Source of the DNA: a virus
Length of the DNA: 64,000 bases
Virus record (IMG/VR): IMGVR_UViG_3300030331_005816
Coordinates: 1 to 64,000 of that record
Reading direction: 5' to 3' (one strand)
Both the position numbers and the translations under genes were made by a program. The notes beneath the pieces are model-generated. The model was given only the letters and a program-made list of their open reading frames with translations. It was not told the origin of the DNA and made no database searches. This document shows positions 8,496 to 17,029 of the stretch, piece by piece (the stretch's first letter is position 1; every line of letters begins with the position of its first letter).

Positions 8496-8756
8496 TTGGT
8501 GTATGACATTGACCAAATAGAAGTTGGCAATATAGTATCTGAAGTAAACTATGTTGCTTATTTTAATTCACCAATGACTGCGAGAATAGGAATAGTAATA
8601 AAGGTTTATGAGGCAAAAAGTAATCCATATTTAAAATATACTCACAGATTAGCTAAAATATATTGGTTCAAAAGCAAAAAGTATGAGGTTGTCCCTATAT
8701 ACCTTCTAAAACATTACGATTATGACTACTCACAATACGAATGTGAAAAAATATAA
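8496..8756 (+). CDS. Small SH3/KOW-like protein (start TTG 8496 or GTG 8499)
   Basis: IEVGNIVS...IGIVIKV...KIYW pattern. Confidence 0.55.
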   Translation: MVYDIDQIEVGNIVSEVNYVAYFNSPMTARIGIVIKVYEAKSNPYLKYTHRLAKIYWFKSKKYEVVPIYLLKHYDYDYSQYECEKI

Positions 8757-8964
8757 AGTTGATGATATTGTATATTATGAGCCCTTCAAACACTCAGATA
8801 CAATAAAATCAGAAATTTTAAAAAACATTTCTAAAAAATCTGTTATACTTGAAATATATGACACAAATAATAATAGATACCAGCTTTATGACTATAAAAT
8901 TTGTATAATTGATTCTGGTGAAATTAAAAAAGTCAAAGAAAAATACTTAACATTTAAGGAGTAA
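8722..8964 (+). CDS. Small SH3/KOW-like protein
   Basis: YKVDDIVYY...VILEI...YKI...VKEKYL pattern. Confidence 0.55.
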   Translation: MTTHNTNVKKYKVDDIVYYEPFKHSDTIKSEILKNISKKSVILEIYDTNNNRYQLYDYKICIIDSGEIKKVKEKYLTFKE

Positions 8965-8966
8965 AT

Positions 8967-9446
8967 ATGTCCAATAACACTAAACCGACAGTTATGGTTT
9001 CTGGCGGCTTCGATCCGGTTCATGTTGGTCACATTCGTATGATTTTAGATGCATCAAAATATGGAGATGTAATTGTTATTGCTAATACTGACAATTGGTT
9101 ACATCGAAAAAAAGGTTTTGTTTTTATGGAATGGGACCGACGAGCAGAAATTCTTAATGCTTTAAAAGGTGTCATTTTAGTTGATTCAGTAGATGACACG
9201 GATGGTACCGTGTGCGAAGCAATTAGAAGATTGAAGCCTACCTATTTTGCCAACGGCGGAGATAGAGGAAAACACAACACTCCTGAACAGAAAGTTTGTG
9301 AAGAAATGGGAATAGAAATGTTATGGGGGATCGGCGGTGATTATAAAGCTGATGCATCAAGTGATCTTGTTGACAGGTTTAGAAAACACAGAAATTCTGA
9401 TGATGAGTTAAAAAACAATATAGGAAATAAACCCTCTGGACGCTAA
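8967..9446 (+). CDS. Cytidylyltransferase-like protein (TagD/RfaE-II family)
   Basis: SGGFDPVHVGH, FANGGDR, ASS motifs. Confidence 0.9.
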   Translation: MSNNTKPTVMVSGGFDPVHVGHIRMILDASKYGDVIVIANTDNWLHRKKGFVFMEWDRRAEILNALKGVILVDSVDDTDGTVCEAIRRLKPTYFANGGDRGKHNTPEQKVCEEMGIEMLWGIGGDYKADASSDLVDRFRKHRNSDDELKNNIGNKPSGR

Positions 9447-9482
9447 TAAATTTTACTAAGAATATAATACACTAGTTAAAAT

Positions 9483-10019
9483 ATGGGACACTCTTCAATA
9501 AATAATAATGTAAAAACTCTGAAGCTTGATATTTCGTATAGACCAATTGAGATAGTTGATGCCATAGATGCATTAGTGTTATGTTTAATTGGTAAAGCCC
9601 AAGCAATTGAAAATTACAAAAAAGAAATCAGTTCTGTTAGTGAAAATTTCAAGTTACCCGCGGTAATTGTACTAAAAAGATTTGTTAAATTTCATTTTAA
9701 AATAGTTTCTGCACATCGTAGAGAGATTATTCTTAGAGATAATAATCAGTGCCAATATTGTAGTATTGAACTACCAAACGATAAACTTACACTTGATCAC
9801 ATCATACCAAAAAGTAAGGGCGGAAAAAATACTTGGGATAATTTGGTTGCCGCATGCAAAAAGTGTAATCAAAAGAAAGGGAACAGAACACCTGAACAGG
9901 CAAATATGAAATTGATTTGTAAACCCACTAAACCAAAATATAATATTCTCCGTTCAGTTGGAAAAAATCAAATATCTAAATTATGGGAAAATTACCTTTG
10001 GGAAATAAATGAAAAATAA
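9483..10019 (+). CDS. HNH endonuclease
   Basis: RDNNQCQYC...TLDHIIPKSKGG...WDNLVAACKKCNQKKGN. Confidence 0.93.
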   Translation: MGHSSINNNVKTLKLDISYRPIEIVDAIDALVLCLIGKAQAIENYKKEISSVSENFKLPAVIVLKRFVKFHFKIVSAHRREIILRDNNQCQYCSIELPNDKLTLDHIIPKSKGGKNTWDNLVAACKKCNQKKGNRTPEQANMKLICKPTKPKYNILRSVGKNQISKLWENYLWEINEK

Positions 10020-10254
10020 AAATATGATTTGTTATTTATCTGAAATCGGACACAGAAACTTTTTTTATCCGACACATGTAAAAGCTGTTTTAAATGACTC
10101 TTGTGAGTATGAGCTAATGAATTTTATTGGTGGCTCATCAAGAAACTTAAAAGCAGTGAAAGTTAAAAATAGTTGTCTTGTTCCACTAGAAATTAATGAT
10201 AATTTTGTACATACAGATTTAAATAGCTATTCTATTGTTTGGGTTAATGTTTGA
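10009..10254 (+). CDS. Hypothetical protein
   Basis: Overlapping ORF in gene train. Confidence 0.6.
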   Translation: MKNKNMICYLSEIGHRNFFYPTHVKAVLNDSCEYELMNFIGGSSRNLKAVKVKNSCLVPLEINDNFVHTDLNSYSIVWVNV

Positions 10255-10281
10255 CAAGTAATTTATCGTATGTTATATAAT
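10251..10281 (+). promoter_or_regulatory. Sigma70-type promoter for tRNA-Asn
   Basis: TTGACA at 10251; TGnTATATA at 17 bp spacing or TATAAT at 19 bp. Confidence 0.65.
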
Positions 10282-10287
10282 TTATAA

Positions 10288-10363
10288 TGCCCCTTAGCTC
10301 AGTTGGTAGAGCAAGCGACTGTTAATCGCTGGGTCCGCGGTTCAAGCCCGCGAGGGGCAGCCA
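10288..10363 (+). tRNA. tRNA-Asn(GTT)
   Basis: Full cloverleaf, acceptor TGCCCCT/AGGGGCA, anticodon arm AGCGA-CTGTTAA-TCGCT, G73, CCA. Confidence 0.97.
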
Positions 10364-10382
10364 CTAAACATAGGAGAAAAAC

Positions 10383-10859
10383 ATGTCTGTTTTAAAAAGA
10401 CTACAATCACTTAATTTATCAGATGATTCCATAATCACACTTATCCGTGAAGAAGGCACCGATGTTTTTGTTCACAATGAGACCGAAGTAGAAGATGCAA
10501 TTAATGAGACAACAGTAATTGAAGATTTTGCTACTTTAATTTCAAATACTGAGCTTGATGCCAGAAATCGCTGGAGCGGAAATATTATTGAGCATTTAAG
10601 AGAAAATGATTTTCTTGATGATTATGAAAGAGGTTCATTTGCATTTGAAGATTATTTAGCCGAAACATTATCAGAAAATTTTTATGATGTTGATTTAATT
10701 GAATATTCTACAGAAAAGTATGACCACAAACGAGGCTTTACAACTTTAACTGCTCAAGTAGATATTCCTTTTGCAAATTTTGCAGAGGTTAATCCTTTTG
10801 TTTCTGGATGGACTGTATCTGTTGAAACAGATAACGGTACTTTGACATTTGATGCTTAA
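10383..10859 (+). CDS. Hypothetical acidic protein
   Basis: SD AGGAG. Confidence 0.8.
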   Translation: MSVLKRLQSLNLSDDSIITLIREEGTDVFVHNETEVEDAINETTVIEDFATLISNTELDARNRWSGNIIEHLRENDFLDDYERGSFAFEDYLAETLSENFYDVDLIEYSTEKYDHKRGFTTLTAQVDIPFANFAEVNPFVSGWTVSVETDNGTLTFDA

Positions 10860-10889
10860 TTGTTCTACTTATAAAAGGAGGGTAGTGTT

Positions 10890-10928
10890 ATGGAAAAATG
10901 TGATTGCTGTAACTGTGAATGTTGCTAA
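10890..10928 (+). CDS. 12-aa Cys-rich micropeptide MEKCDCCNCECC
   Basis: SD AGGAGG 8 nt upstream; CTACTTA motif 18 nt upstream; 6 of 12 residues Cys. Confidence 0.6.
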   Translation: MEKCDCCNCECC

Positions 10929-10934
10929 ATAAAT

Positions 10935-11034
10935 GCGCTGTTCTGCTCGCTTTATAAGCAGAAGGGGGTTGCCCGACCCAAACGTAGGCAGAGGTTTCCG
11001 GTTATCCTAGTTCTAGACAGAAAACCGGTTTTTT
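10935..11034 (+). ncRNA. Candidate structured RNA (hairpin, pseudoknot, terminator-like hairpin)
   Basis: GC-rich island: TTCTGCT/AGCAGAA; GGGT/ACCC crossed by TGCC/GGCA; CCGGTT/AACCGG followed by T6. Confidence 0.5.
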
Positions 11035-11054
11035 ATATTTGACATATATACTTT

Positions 11055-11204
11055 ATGGAAGAAGTTGCAGAATTAACTATTTTAGCTATGGTTATGTTTG
11101 TAGCTGCTTTTTTTTGCTATCGTGTTTTATTGATTCCAAATGCTTCCATTAAATCGATTGAAAAAATACATGAAGTAGAAGATATGTTGTCTGGTAATGA
11201 GTAA
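11055..11204 (+). CDS. Small membrane protein (49 aa, not in ORF track)
   Basis: MEEVAELTILAMVMFVAAFFCYRVLLIP...; ATATATA motif 4 nt before ATG; ends 1 nt before tRNA-Thr. Confidence 0.6.
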   Translation: MEEVAELTILAMVMFVAAFFCYRVLLIPNASIKSIEKIHEVEDMLSGNE

Positions 11205-11205
11205 T

Positions 11206-11281
11206 GCTCGCATAGCTCAATTGGTAGAGCAACGGTTTTGTAAACCGTAGGTTGTGGGTTCAAGTCCCTCTGCGAGCACCA
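11206..11281 (+). tRNA. tRNA-Thr(TGT)
   Basis: Acceptor GCTCGCA/TGCGAGC, anticodon arm ACGGT-TTTGTAA-ACCGT, CCA; one U-U mismatch in T-stem. Confidence 0.95.
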
Positions 11282-11334
11282 TTATTTAAACTTACTTTAA
11301 AATTATAATACTATATATTGTATAGAAGGCAGGT

Positions 11335-12672
11335 ATGTCAAAAAAGAAAAATTATGTGTTAGATACTAGTGTTTATCTAACAGATGCAGATGCTATTTAT
11401 AAATTTGATAATCATGATATTTTTATTCCTCTTAAGGTTTTAGAAGAAGTTGATAATCACAAAAAAAGACAAGACTCTGTTGGCTCAAATGCTAGACAAT
11501 TTATTCGTACACTTGATGAACTAAGAGCCAAGGGAAGTCTAGAAAATGGTATAAGAATCGATAAAGGAAAGGGTATTATAAAAGTAATATCTTATTCAAA
11601 TTTGAATAATATAATTTTTCCACCTGACTTAGACATGAGATTACCAGATCATACAATAATTGCAACTGCCAAAACAATTCAAGCAACTTTACCAGATAGG
11701 AAAACCATATTGGTAAGTCGAGATATTAATATGCGAGTTATATGTGACTCTATTGGAATTCTCGCCGAAGATTTTGTTTCTGAAAAAGCTGTTAGAACAT
11801 CTGAAGAATTGTACAATGGATTTGTTATACATTCAGTTGATGATCAAATAGTTGATCAGTATTATGCTGGAGAAGATGTTTTTATTGAAGAAGATGATTT
11901 TAAAGAACCATGGCACCCAAATCAATATGTTATGTTAGTCTCTAATGCAAATGAGAAAAAATCTGCCCTTGCAAGATACAAAAATTCTTTTGAACCTCTT
12001 CAGCAGGTTATTAATAAGGATATTCACGATTGGAATATCAATGCTAGAAATAAAGAACAAGCATTTGCTATTGATTTACTTTTAAATCCAGACATCAAAA
12101 TTGTGTCATTAATTGGCCGTGCTGGCTCTGGAAAGACTTTGATGGCTATTGCTGCAGGATTACAGCAGACTATAGGCTTGCGAGGCGAGAACAACCATTA
12201 TGACCGAATGATAGTATCTCGACCAGTGCAGCCATTGGGCAAAGATATTGGATTTTTACCCGGCACAATGGAAGAAAAAATGCTCCCATGGCTAATGCCA
12301 ATTCAAGATAATCTTAAATTTTTAATGGGCGATAAAACATCTCTTCAAATGTATATGGAAAAAGGTAAGATTGAGTTAGAAGCACTAACATATATTAGAG
12401 GTCGTTCTATTGCGAATGCATTTATAGTTATTGACGAGGCACAGAATTTAACTAAGCACGAGGTTAAAACAATTATCACTCGTATCGGTGAGGGTACCAA
12501 AATTATCCTAACAGGAGATATTGAACAGATTGATAATGTGTATGTTAATGAAACATCCAATGGATTAGCTCATGCTATTGAGAAATTTAAAGAATACCCA
12601 ATAGCTGGTCATGTTACATTTAGAAAAGGTGAAAGATCAGAAGTTGCTACACTAGCTTCAAAAGTACTGTAA
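11335..12672 (+). CDS. phoH: PIN-PhoH ATPase (PhoH2/YlaK-like)
   Basis: N-terminal PIN (VLDTSV, SRDINMR); GRAGSGKT, GFLPG, YIRGRS, DEAQN, GDIEQID. Confidence 0.95.
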   Translation: MSKKKNYVLDTSVYLTDADAIYKFDNHDIFIPLKVLEEVDNHKKRQDSVGSNARQFIRTLDELRAKGSLENGIRIDKGKGIIKVISYSNLNNIIFPPDLDMRLPDHTIIATAKTIQATLPDRKTILVSRDINMRVICDSIGILAEDFVSEKAVRTSEELYNGFVIHSVDDQIVDQYYAGEDVFIEEDDFKEPWHPNQYVMLVSNANEKKSALARYKNSFEPLQQVINKDIHDWNINARNKEQAFAIDLLLNPDIKIVSLIGRAGSGKTLMAIAAGLQQTIGLRGENNHYDRMIVSRPVQPLGKDIGFLPGTMEEKMLPWLMPIQDNLKFLMGDKTSLQMYMEKGKIELEALTYIRGRSIANAFIVIDEAQNLTKHEVKTIITRIGEGTKIILTGDIEQIDNVYVNETSNGLAHAIEKFKEYPIAGHVTFRKGERSEVATLASKVL

Positions 12673-12717
12673 AATGGTATTTCATGTGTTATAATTAATG
12701 ATATAGGAGATATAGCT

Positions 12718-13038
12718 ATGAGTAATAAAAAAGAACAATCTTCTTCGATTACAGAAGAACAAGCCCATTTAAATCCCGTGTTGGCTATGACAGTTGAAAA
12801 AGATTCAGAATTAAAAAGTTATCTTGTCGATTATGTTGGCACCAAATTTGATCAAGAAAATGTAACTGTTAACATGGTTGCAGAAATTTTGGCAACAGAA
12901 TTTCCAGATTTTATGTATGCCATGGCAGAAGAAAATTTTCTTAGAGGGTACCAACTCGGCCTAAATGATGCAATAAATGGCTTTACTGAGTTAGAAGATG
13001 AAGACTTACATACAACAACGACAACAAAAACTTCGTGA
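12718..13038 (+). CDS. Hypothetical protein
   Basis: SD AGGAG; AEENFLRGY motif. Confidence 0.75.
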   Translation: MSNKKEQSSSITEEQAHLNPVLAMTVEKDSELKSYLVDYVGTKFDQENVTVNMVAEILATEFPDFMYAMAEENFLRGYQLGLNDAINGFTELEDEDLHTTTTTKTS

Positions 13039-13684
13039 ATCGCAGACAAATTTTTACACCCCGTCTGGAATTCATATTTATATAAAAGAACCTGTAAATC
13101 AAACCGTTGTTAGTCGGGCCCTAAATATGTTAGAGCAGAGAGTACCGATCCATATACTATCTGAAGTAGAAATGATTATGTTTGGTTGGTTTGCTGAATT
13201 TGATGAACGAGGTCTACAGGCATATTTTGATGGTGGAACAATTTTTGTATCTAATCTCTTTGATGATGAGATAGAATTATTTGAAACTTTGATCCACGAA
13301 ACAGCACATGCAGTTGAAAAAACTTACGGCTATGAAATTTACGGTGATGATAAAATAAAACAGGAATTTATTAGAAAAAGACAATACCTTCATGACATTT
13401 TATGGAAAGAAGGCTACAAAATGCCAATATCTGTTTTTCTTGACACAGAATACGACCAAGAATTTGATGAAATGCTATATCAAAAAATTGGTTATGGTAA
13501 ACTCGATGGCTACGCTGCTGGCATTTTCATTACATCATATGGTGCCACTTCTTTAAGAGAATATTTTGCAACCGCATTTGATGATTACTTTATAAATCCC
13601 AACCATTCATTTTTAAAAAAGATTAGTCCTGCAGTTTATGAAAAAATAAATTTAGTTTTAAGTGAAGAAGAACTTGACATTTGA
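12998..13684 (+). CDS. Zincin-type metallopeptidase-like protein
   Basis: LIHETAHAVE (HExxH) and downstream YGATSLREYFA. Confidence 0.7.
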   Translation: MKTYIQQRQQKLRESQTNFYTPSGIHIYIKEPVNQTVVSRALNMLEQRVPIHILSEVEMIMFGWFAEFDERGLQAYFDGGTIFVSNLFDDEIELFETLIHETAHAVEKTYGYEIYGDDKIKQEFIRKRQYLHDILWKEGYKMPISVFLDTEYDQEFDEMLYQKIGYGKLDGYAAGIFITSYGATSLREYFATAFDDYFINPNHSFLKKISPAVYEKINLVLSEEELDI

Positions 13685-13701
13685 TTTCAAATGGTTATAA
13701 T
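13674..13701 (+). promoter_or_regulatory. Sigma70-type promoter upstream of nuclease/glycan operon
   Basis: Perfect TTGACA and TATAAT, 16 bp spacer. Confidence 0.7.
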
Positions 13702-13723
13702 ATAACTTAATATTGGAATATAT

Positions 13724-14485
13724 ATGAAACACATTTCCTATTCTGAATTAAAAGACTGGGCTCACTGCCCTTTCTATCACAAACTTACACGAATTGATGG
13801 AATCGATGGATTCACCGGAAACGAATACACCGCTTTCGGTTCTGCCATTCATTCTGTGTGTGAGAAAAAATTACTTAATGAAGAAGTGAAAGAAGATTTT
13901 TTTGTCCGTGAATTAAAAAAGAATATTTCTGAACTTGATGATGATGTAGATTTAAAGACAGTCCATCAGATGATGAAGCAGGGTAATAAAATCATCCCTG
14001 AAATTGATGATGCTTTGTCAGACTACTTTGACGAATATGAAGTACTGGCTGTTGAATTGCCACTATATGAGCCTATGAAAAATCAAAATTTTCGTTTTAA
14101 AGGTTACATCGATGCAGTTGTAGCAACACCAGACGGTAAAGTACATATTTTTGACTGGAAGACTTGTTCATGGGGTTGGGACTCACGAAAACGGAGTGAC
14201 AAAATGGTTACCTATCAATTGACTTTATATAAACACTTTTTCTGCCAGAAGATGTCAATTGAACCAAAAAATGTAGAAACACACTTTGCACTTCTTAAAA
14301 GAACAGCCAAAAATAATCATGTAGAATTTTTTAGAGTCACAAGTGGCCCAAAAAAGACAGAAAATGCACTTAAACTTTTAAATACTGCAATATACAATAT
14401 TGAAAACGAAAGGTATATTAAGAATCGTCTTTCGTGTACTTCCGGTTACGGATGTAAATTTTATAAGACAGAACACTGTCCATGA
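13724..14485 (+). CDS. PD-(D/E)XK exonuclease, Cas4/RecB-like
   Basis: ISYS...CP, FGSAIH, GYID, IFDWKT, QLTLY; 1+3 Cys Fe-S arrangement. Confidence 0.88.
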   Translation: MKHISYSELKDWAHCPFYHKLTRIDGIDGFTGNEYTAFGSAIHSVCEKKLLNEEVKEDFFVRELKKNISELDDDVDLKTVHQMMKQGNKIIPEIDDALSDYFDEYEVLAVELPLYEPMKNQNFRFKGYIDAVVATPDGKVHIFDWKTCSWGWDSRKRSDKMVTYQLTLYKHFFCQKMSIEPKNVETHFALLKRTAKNNHVEFFRVTSGPKKTENALKLLNTAIYNIENERYIKNRLSCTSGYGCKFYKTEHCP

Positions 14486-14492
14486 GGAATAA

Positions 14493-15776
14493 ATGAAAAA
14501 AACAAAAATTCTAACCTTGTCTGATCACCCGCTATCACCATCGGGTGTTGGTACACAAACAAGGTATTTTATCGAAGCACTTTTAAAAACTGGTAGATAT
14601 CAGTTTGTTTGCTTGGGTGGAGCAATGAAACACAATGATTATACCCCTACAAATGTTGAACCTTATGGGGAAGATTGGCAAATTATACCAGTTGATACAT
14701 ACGGAACACCTGATATTATTCGCTCTGTTTTACAAAACGAACGGCCAGATGTTTTGTGGTTCATGACAGATCCGCGGTTTTACGAGTGGTTGTGGGAAAT
14801 GGACAACGAAATTAGATCACTCGTGCCAATGGTATATTACCATGTGTGGGATAACTTTCCAGCACCTGAGTTTAACGGTAAGTGGTATCGTTCTACAGAC
14901 GAAATCGTAGCAATTTCAAAAGTAACATATGGTTGTGTTAAAGAAGTAGTGCCTGAAGCTTCATTAAATTATATCCCACATGCAGTTCCAACACAATTTT
15001 TTCACCCTGCTACAAGTAACGATGAAAAAAATAAAGCTGCAACTTTAAGAAATAATATAATCAATACATCAACTGAATTTAATAATCCAAAAAAGAAGAT
15101 ATTTTTCTGGAACAGTAGAAATGCAAGAAGAAAGTTAAGTGGTACACTTATTTGGTGGTTTAAAGAATTACTAGACGAAATCGGGCACGATAAAGCCTCG
15201 CTACTTATGCATACAGATGCTAGGGATCCACATGGCCAAGATCTGCCTCATATTATGGAAAGATTGGGTTTAACCGATGGTCAAGTGTTGTTATCAACGA
15301 ATAAAGTTAGCCCAGAAGAACTGGCACATATGTATCGTGCAGCCGACTACACTATTGGCATTAGCGATGCTGAAGGTTTTGGTTTATCAACACTTGAATC
15401 ATTAACATGCGGAACTCCAATTATTGCAAACATGACAGGCGGCCTTCAAGAGCAGGTAACTGATGGTACAAACTGGTTTGGCTGGGGCATTGAGCCTGTA
15501 AGTAAAACTGTCATTGGTTCTTTGCAAGTACCATATATCTATGAAGATAGAATCTCACAAAAAGATTTTAATGCAACAATTAAGAAAGCAATAAAATTAA
15601 GCAAACCAAAATATCAAAAGCTTTCAAAAATGTGCTTACAACATGTTAAGGATAATTATAGTTTTGAAAAATTTGAACAATCTTGGATTAATTTAATGGA
15701 TGAAATTGTAGAGAAACATGGTTCTTGGGAAACTAGAAAAAATTATGATCGTTGGACACTATTGGAGGTAGCATAA
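14493..15776 (+). CDS. GT-B glycosyltransferase (GT4-like)
   Basis: NARRK and EGFGLSTLE motifs. Confidence 0.9.
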   Translation: MKKTKILTLSDHPLSPSGVGTQTRYFIEALLKTGRYQFVCLGGAMKHNDYTPTNVEPYGEDWQIIPVDTYGTPDIIRSVLQNERPDVLWFMTDPRFYEWLWEMDNEIRSLVPMVYYHVWDNFPAPEFNGKWYRSTDEIVAISKVTYGCVKEVVPEASLNYIPHAVPTQFFHPATSNDEKNKAATLRNNIINTSTEFNNPKKKIFFWNSRNARRKLSGTLIWWFKELLDEIGHDKASLLMHTDARDPHGQDLPHIMERLGLTDGQVLLSTNKVSPEELAHMYRAADYTIGISDAEGFGLSTLESLTCGTPIIANMTGGLQEQVTDGTNWFGWGIEPVSKTVIGSLQVPYIYEDRISQKDFNATIKKAIKLSKPKYQKLSKMCLQHVKDNYSFEKFEQSWINLMDEIVEKHGSWETRKNYDRWTLLEVA

Positions 15777-17029
15777 TGCTTCAAAAAGTAATTTTAACAG
15801 CACCGGTATTAACTCGTTCAGGCTATGGTGAACAATCAAGATTCGCCTTAAGAGCACTTAGGTCGCGACCGGATTTATTTGATATTTATATTCATCCTTT
15901 AGAATGGGGTAAAACTTCTTGGCTTAGTGAAGATAATGAGGAAAGAAAATGGATTGATCAAACAATCCAAAAAACAATTGATTTTCTTCAAGTAAATAAC
16001 AGTGCAGATAATAACTTATTTGATGTATCACTACAGGTCACTATTCCAAATGAGTGGCAAAATATTGCTAATCACAATGTTGGTTATACTGCTGGCATTG
16101 AAACAACAAGGGTAGCACACGAATGGTTACAAAAAGGTAACGAAATGGATAGTATTATTGTTGTTTCTGAACACTCTAAGAATGTATATAGAAACACAGT
16201 TTATGATGCACACAATCAGCAAACAGGCGAAGACATTACATTATCATTGAACACTCAAATTTCTACAGTCAATTACCCTGTAAAAACATATGATAATTTA
16301 GAAGCTCTTGAGCTTAACTTAAAGCATGATTTTAATTTTGTTACCGTTGCACAAATGGGCCCAAGAAAAAACATCGATAATACCATTAATTGGTTTTTAC
16401 AAGAGTTCCACGACGATGAAGTTGGGTTAGTGGTAAAAACAAATGTTGCTAAAAATTGTCAAGTTGATAAAGAAATAGTTCACGGCTCATTAATGAGACT
16501 TATTAGAGCCCATGATGCCACTAATGAAAATAGAAAATGTAAACTTTATTTGCTTCACGGTGACTTAACTGACCAAGAAATGCACGAACTATATTTAAAC
16601 CCAAAAATTAAAGCGACTGTTTGTTTAACACACGGTGAAGGATTTGGTTTACCAATGTTTGAATCAGCTTACATGGGTGTTCCGGTTGTTGCTACAGATT
16701 GGTCGGGTCAGTTAGATTTCCTTTGTGATTCGGAAAAAAGAACAAAATTCTACAATGTTGGCTTTGATTTACAACCAGTTCCTGATCAAATATTGTGGGA
16801 TGGTGTAATTGTTAAGGGTTCAATGTGGGCAGTTCCAAGAGAAAACTCTGCAAAGTATAACATGAGGCTGTGCTATGATGAAGTTACCGAGGGGACTAAC
16901 AGTGCATGCGAATATTCAAAAGAACTTTGTGAGAGGTTTTCAGAAGATAAGATGTATGCAGCTTTTATTGAAGCTATGAATTTGCCAATTGTACAAACTC
17001 CAGAATCAGAATTGGTAGAATTTGAATGA
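15776..17029 (+). CDS. GT-B glycosyltransferase (GT4-like)
   Basis: SGYG, PRKN, GEGFGLPMFE; start moved to ATG 15776 (SD GGAGG). Confidence 0.9.
   Translation: MLQKVILTAPVLTRSGYGEQSRFALRALRSRPDLFDIYIHPLEWGKTSWLSEDNEERKWIDQTIQKTIDFLQVNNSADNNLFDVSLQVTIPNEWQNIANHNVGYTAGIETTRVAHEWLQKGNEMDSIIVVSEHSKNVYRNTVYDAHNQQTGEDITLSLNTQISTVNYPVKTYDNLEALELNLKHDFNFVTVAQMGPRKNIDNTINWFLQEFHDDEVGLVVKTNVAKNCQVDKEIVHGSLMRLIRAHDATNENRKCKLYLLHGDLTDQEMHELYLNPKIKATVCLTHGEGFGLPMFESAYMGVPVVATDWSGQLDFLCDSEKRTKFYNVGFDLQPVPDQILWDGVIVKGSMWAVPRENSAKYNMRLCYDEVTEGTNSACEYSKELCERFSEDKMYAAFIEAMNLPIVQTPESELVEFE

Noticed and set aside
9483-10019. HNH as intron- or intein-associated homing element
   Set aside because: Free-standing with its own promoter motif; no interrupted host gene or group I core seen
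11206-11281. U-U mismatch in tRNA-Thr T-stem as a pseudogene sign
   Set aside because: All other conserved elements and CCA are intact
13724-14485. Cas4-like nuclease as evidence of a CRISPR system
   Set aside because: No repeat-spacer array or other cas genes seen; stand-alone Cas4/RecB-like nucleases are common in phages
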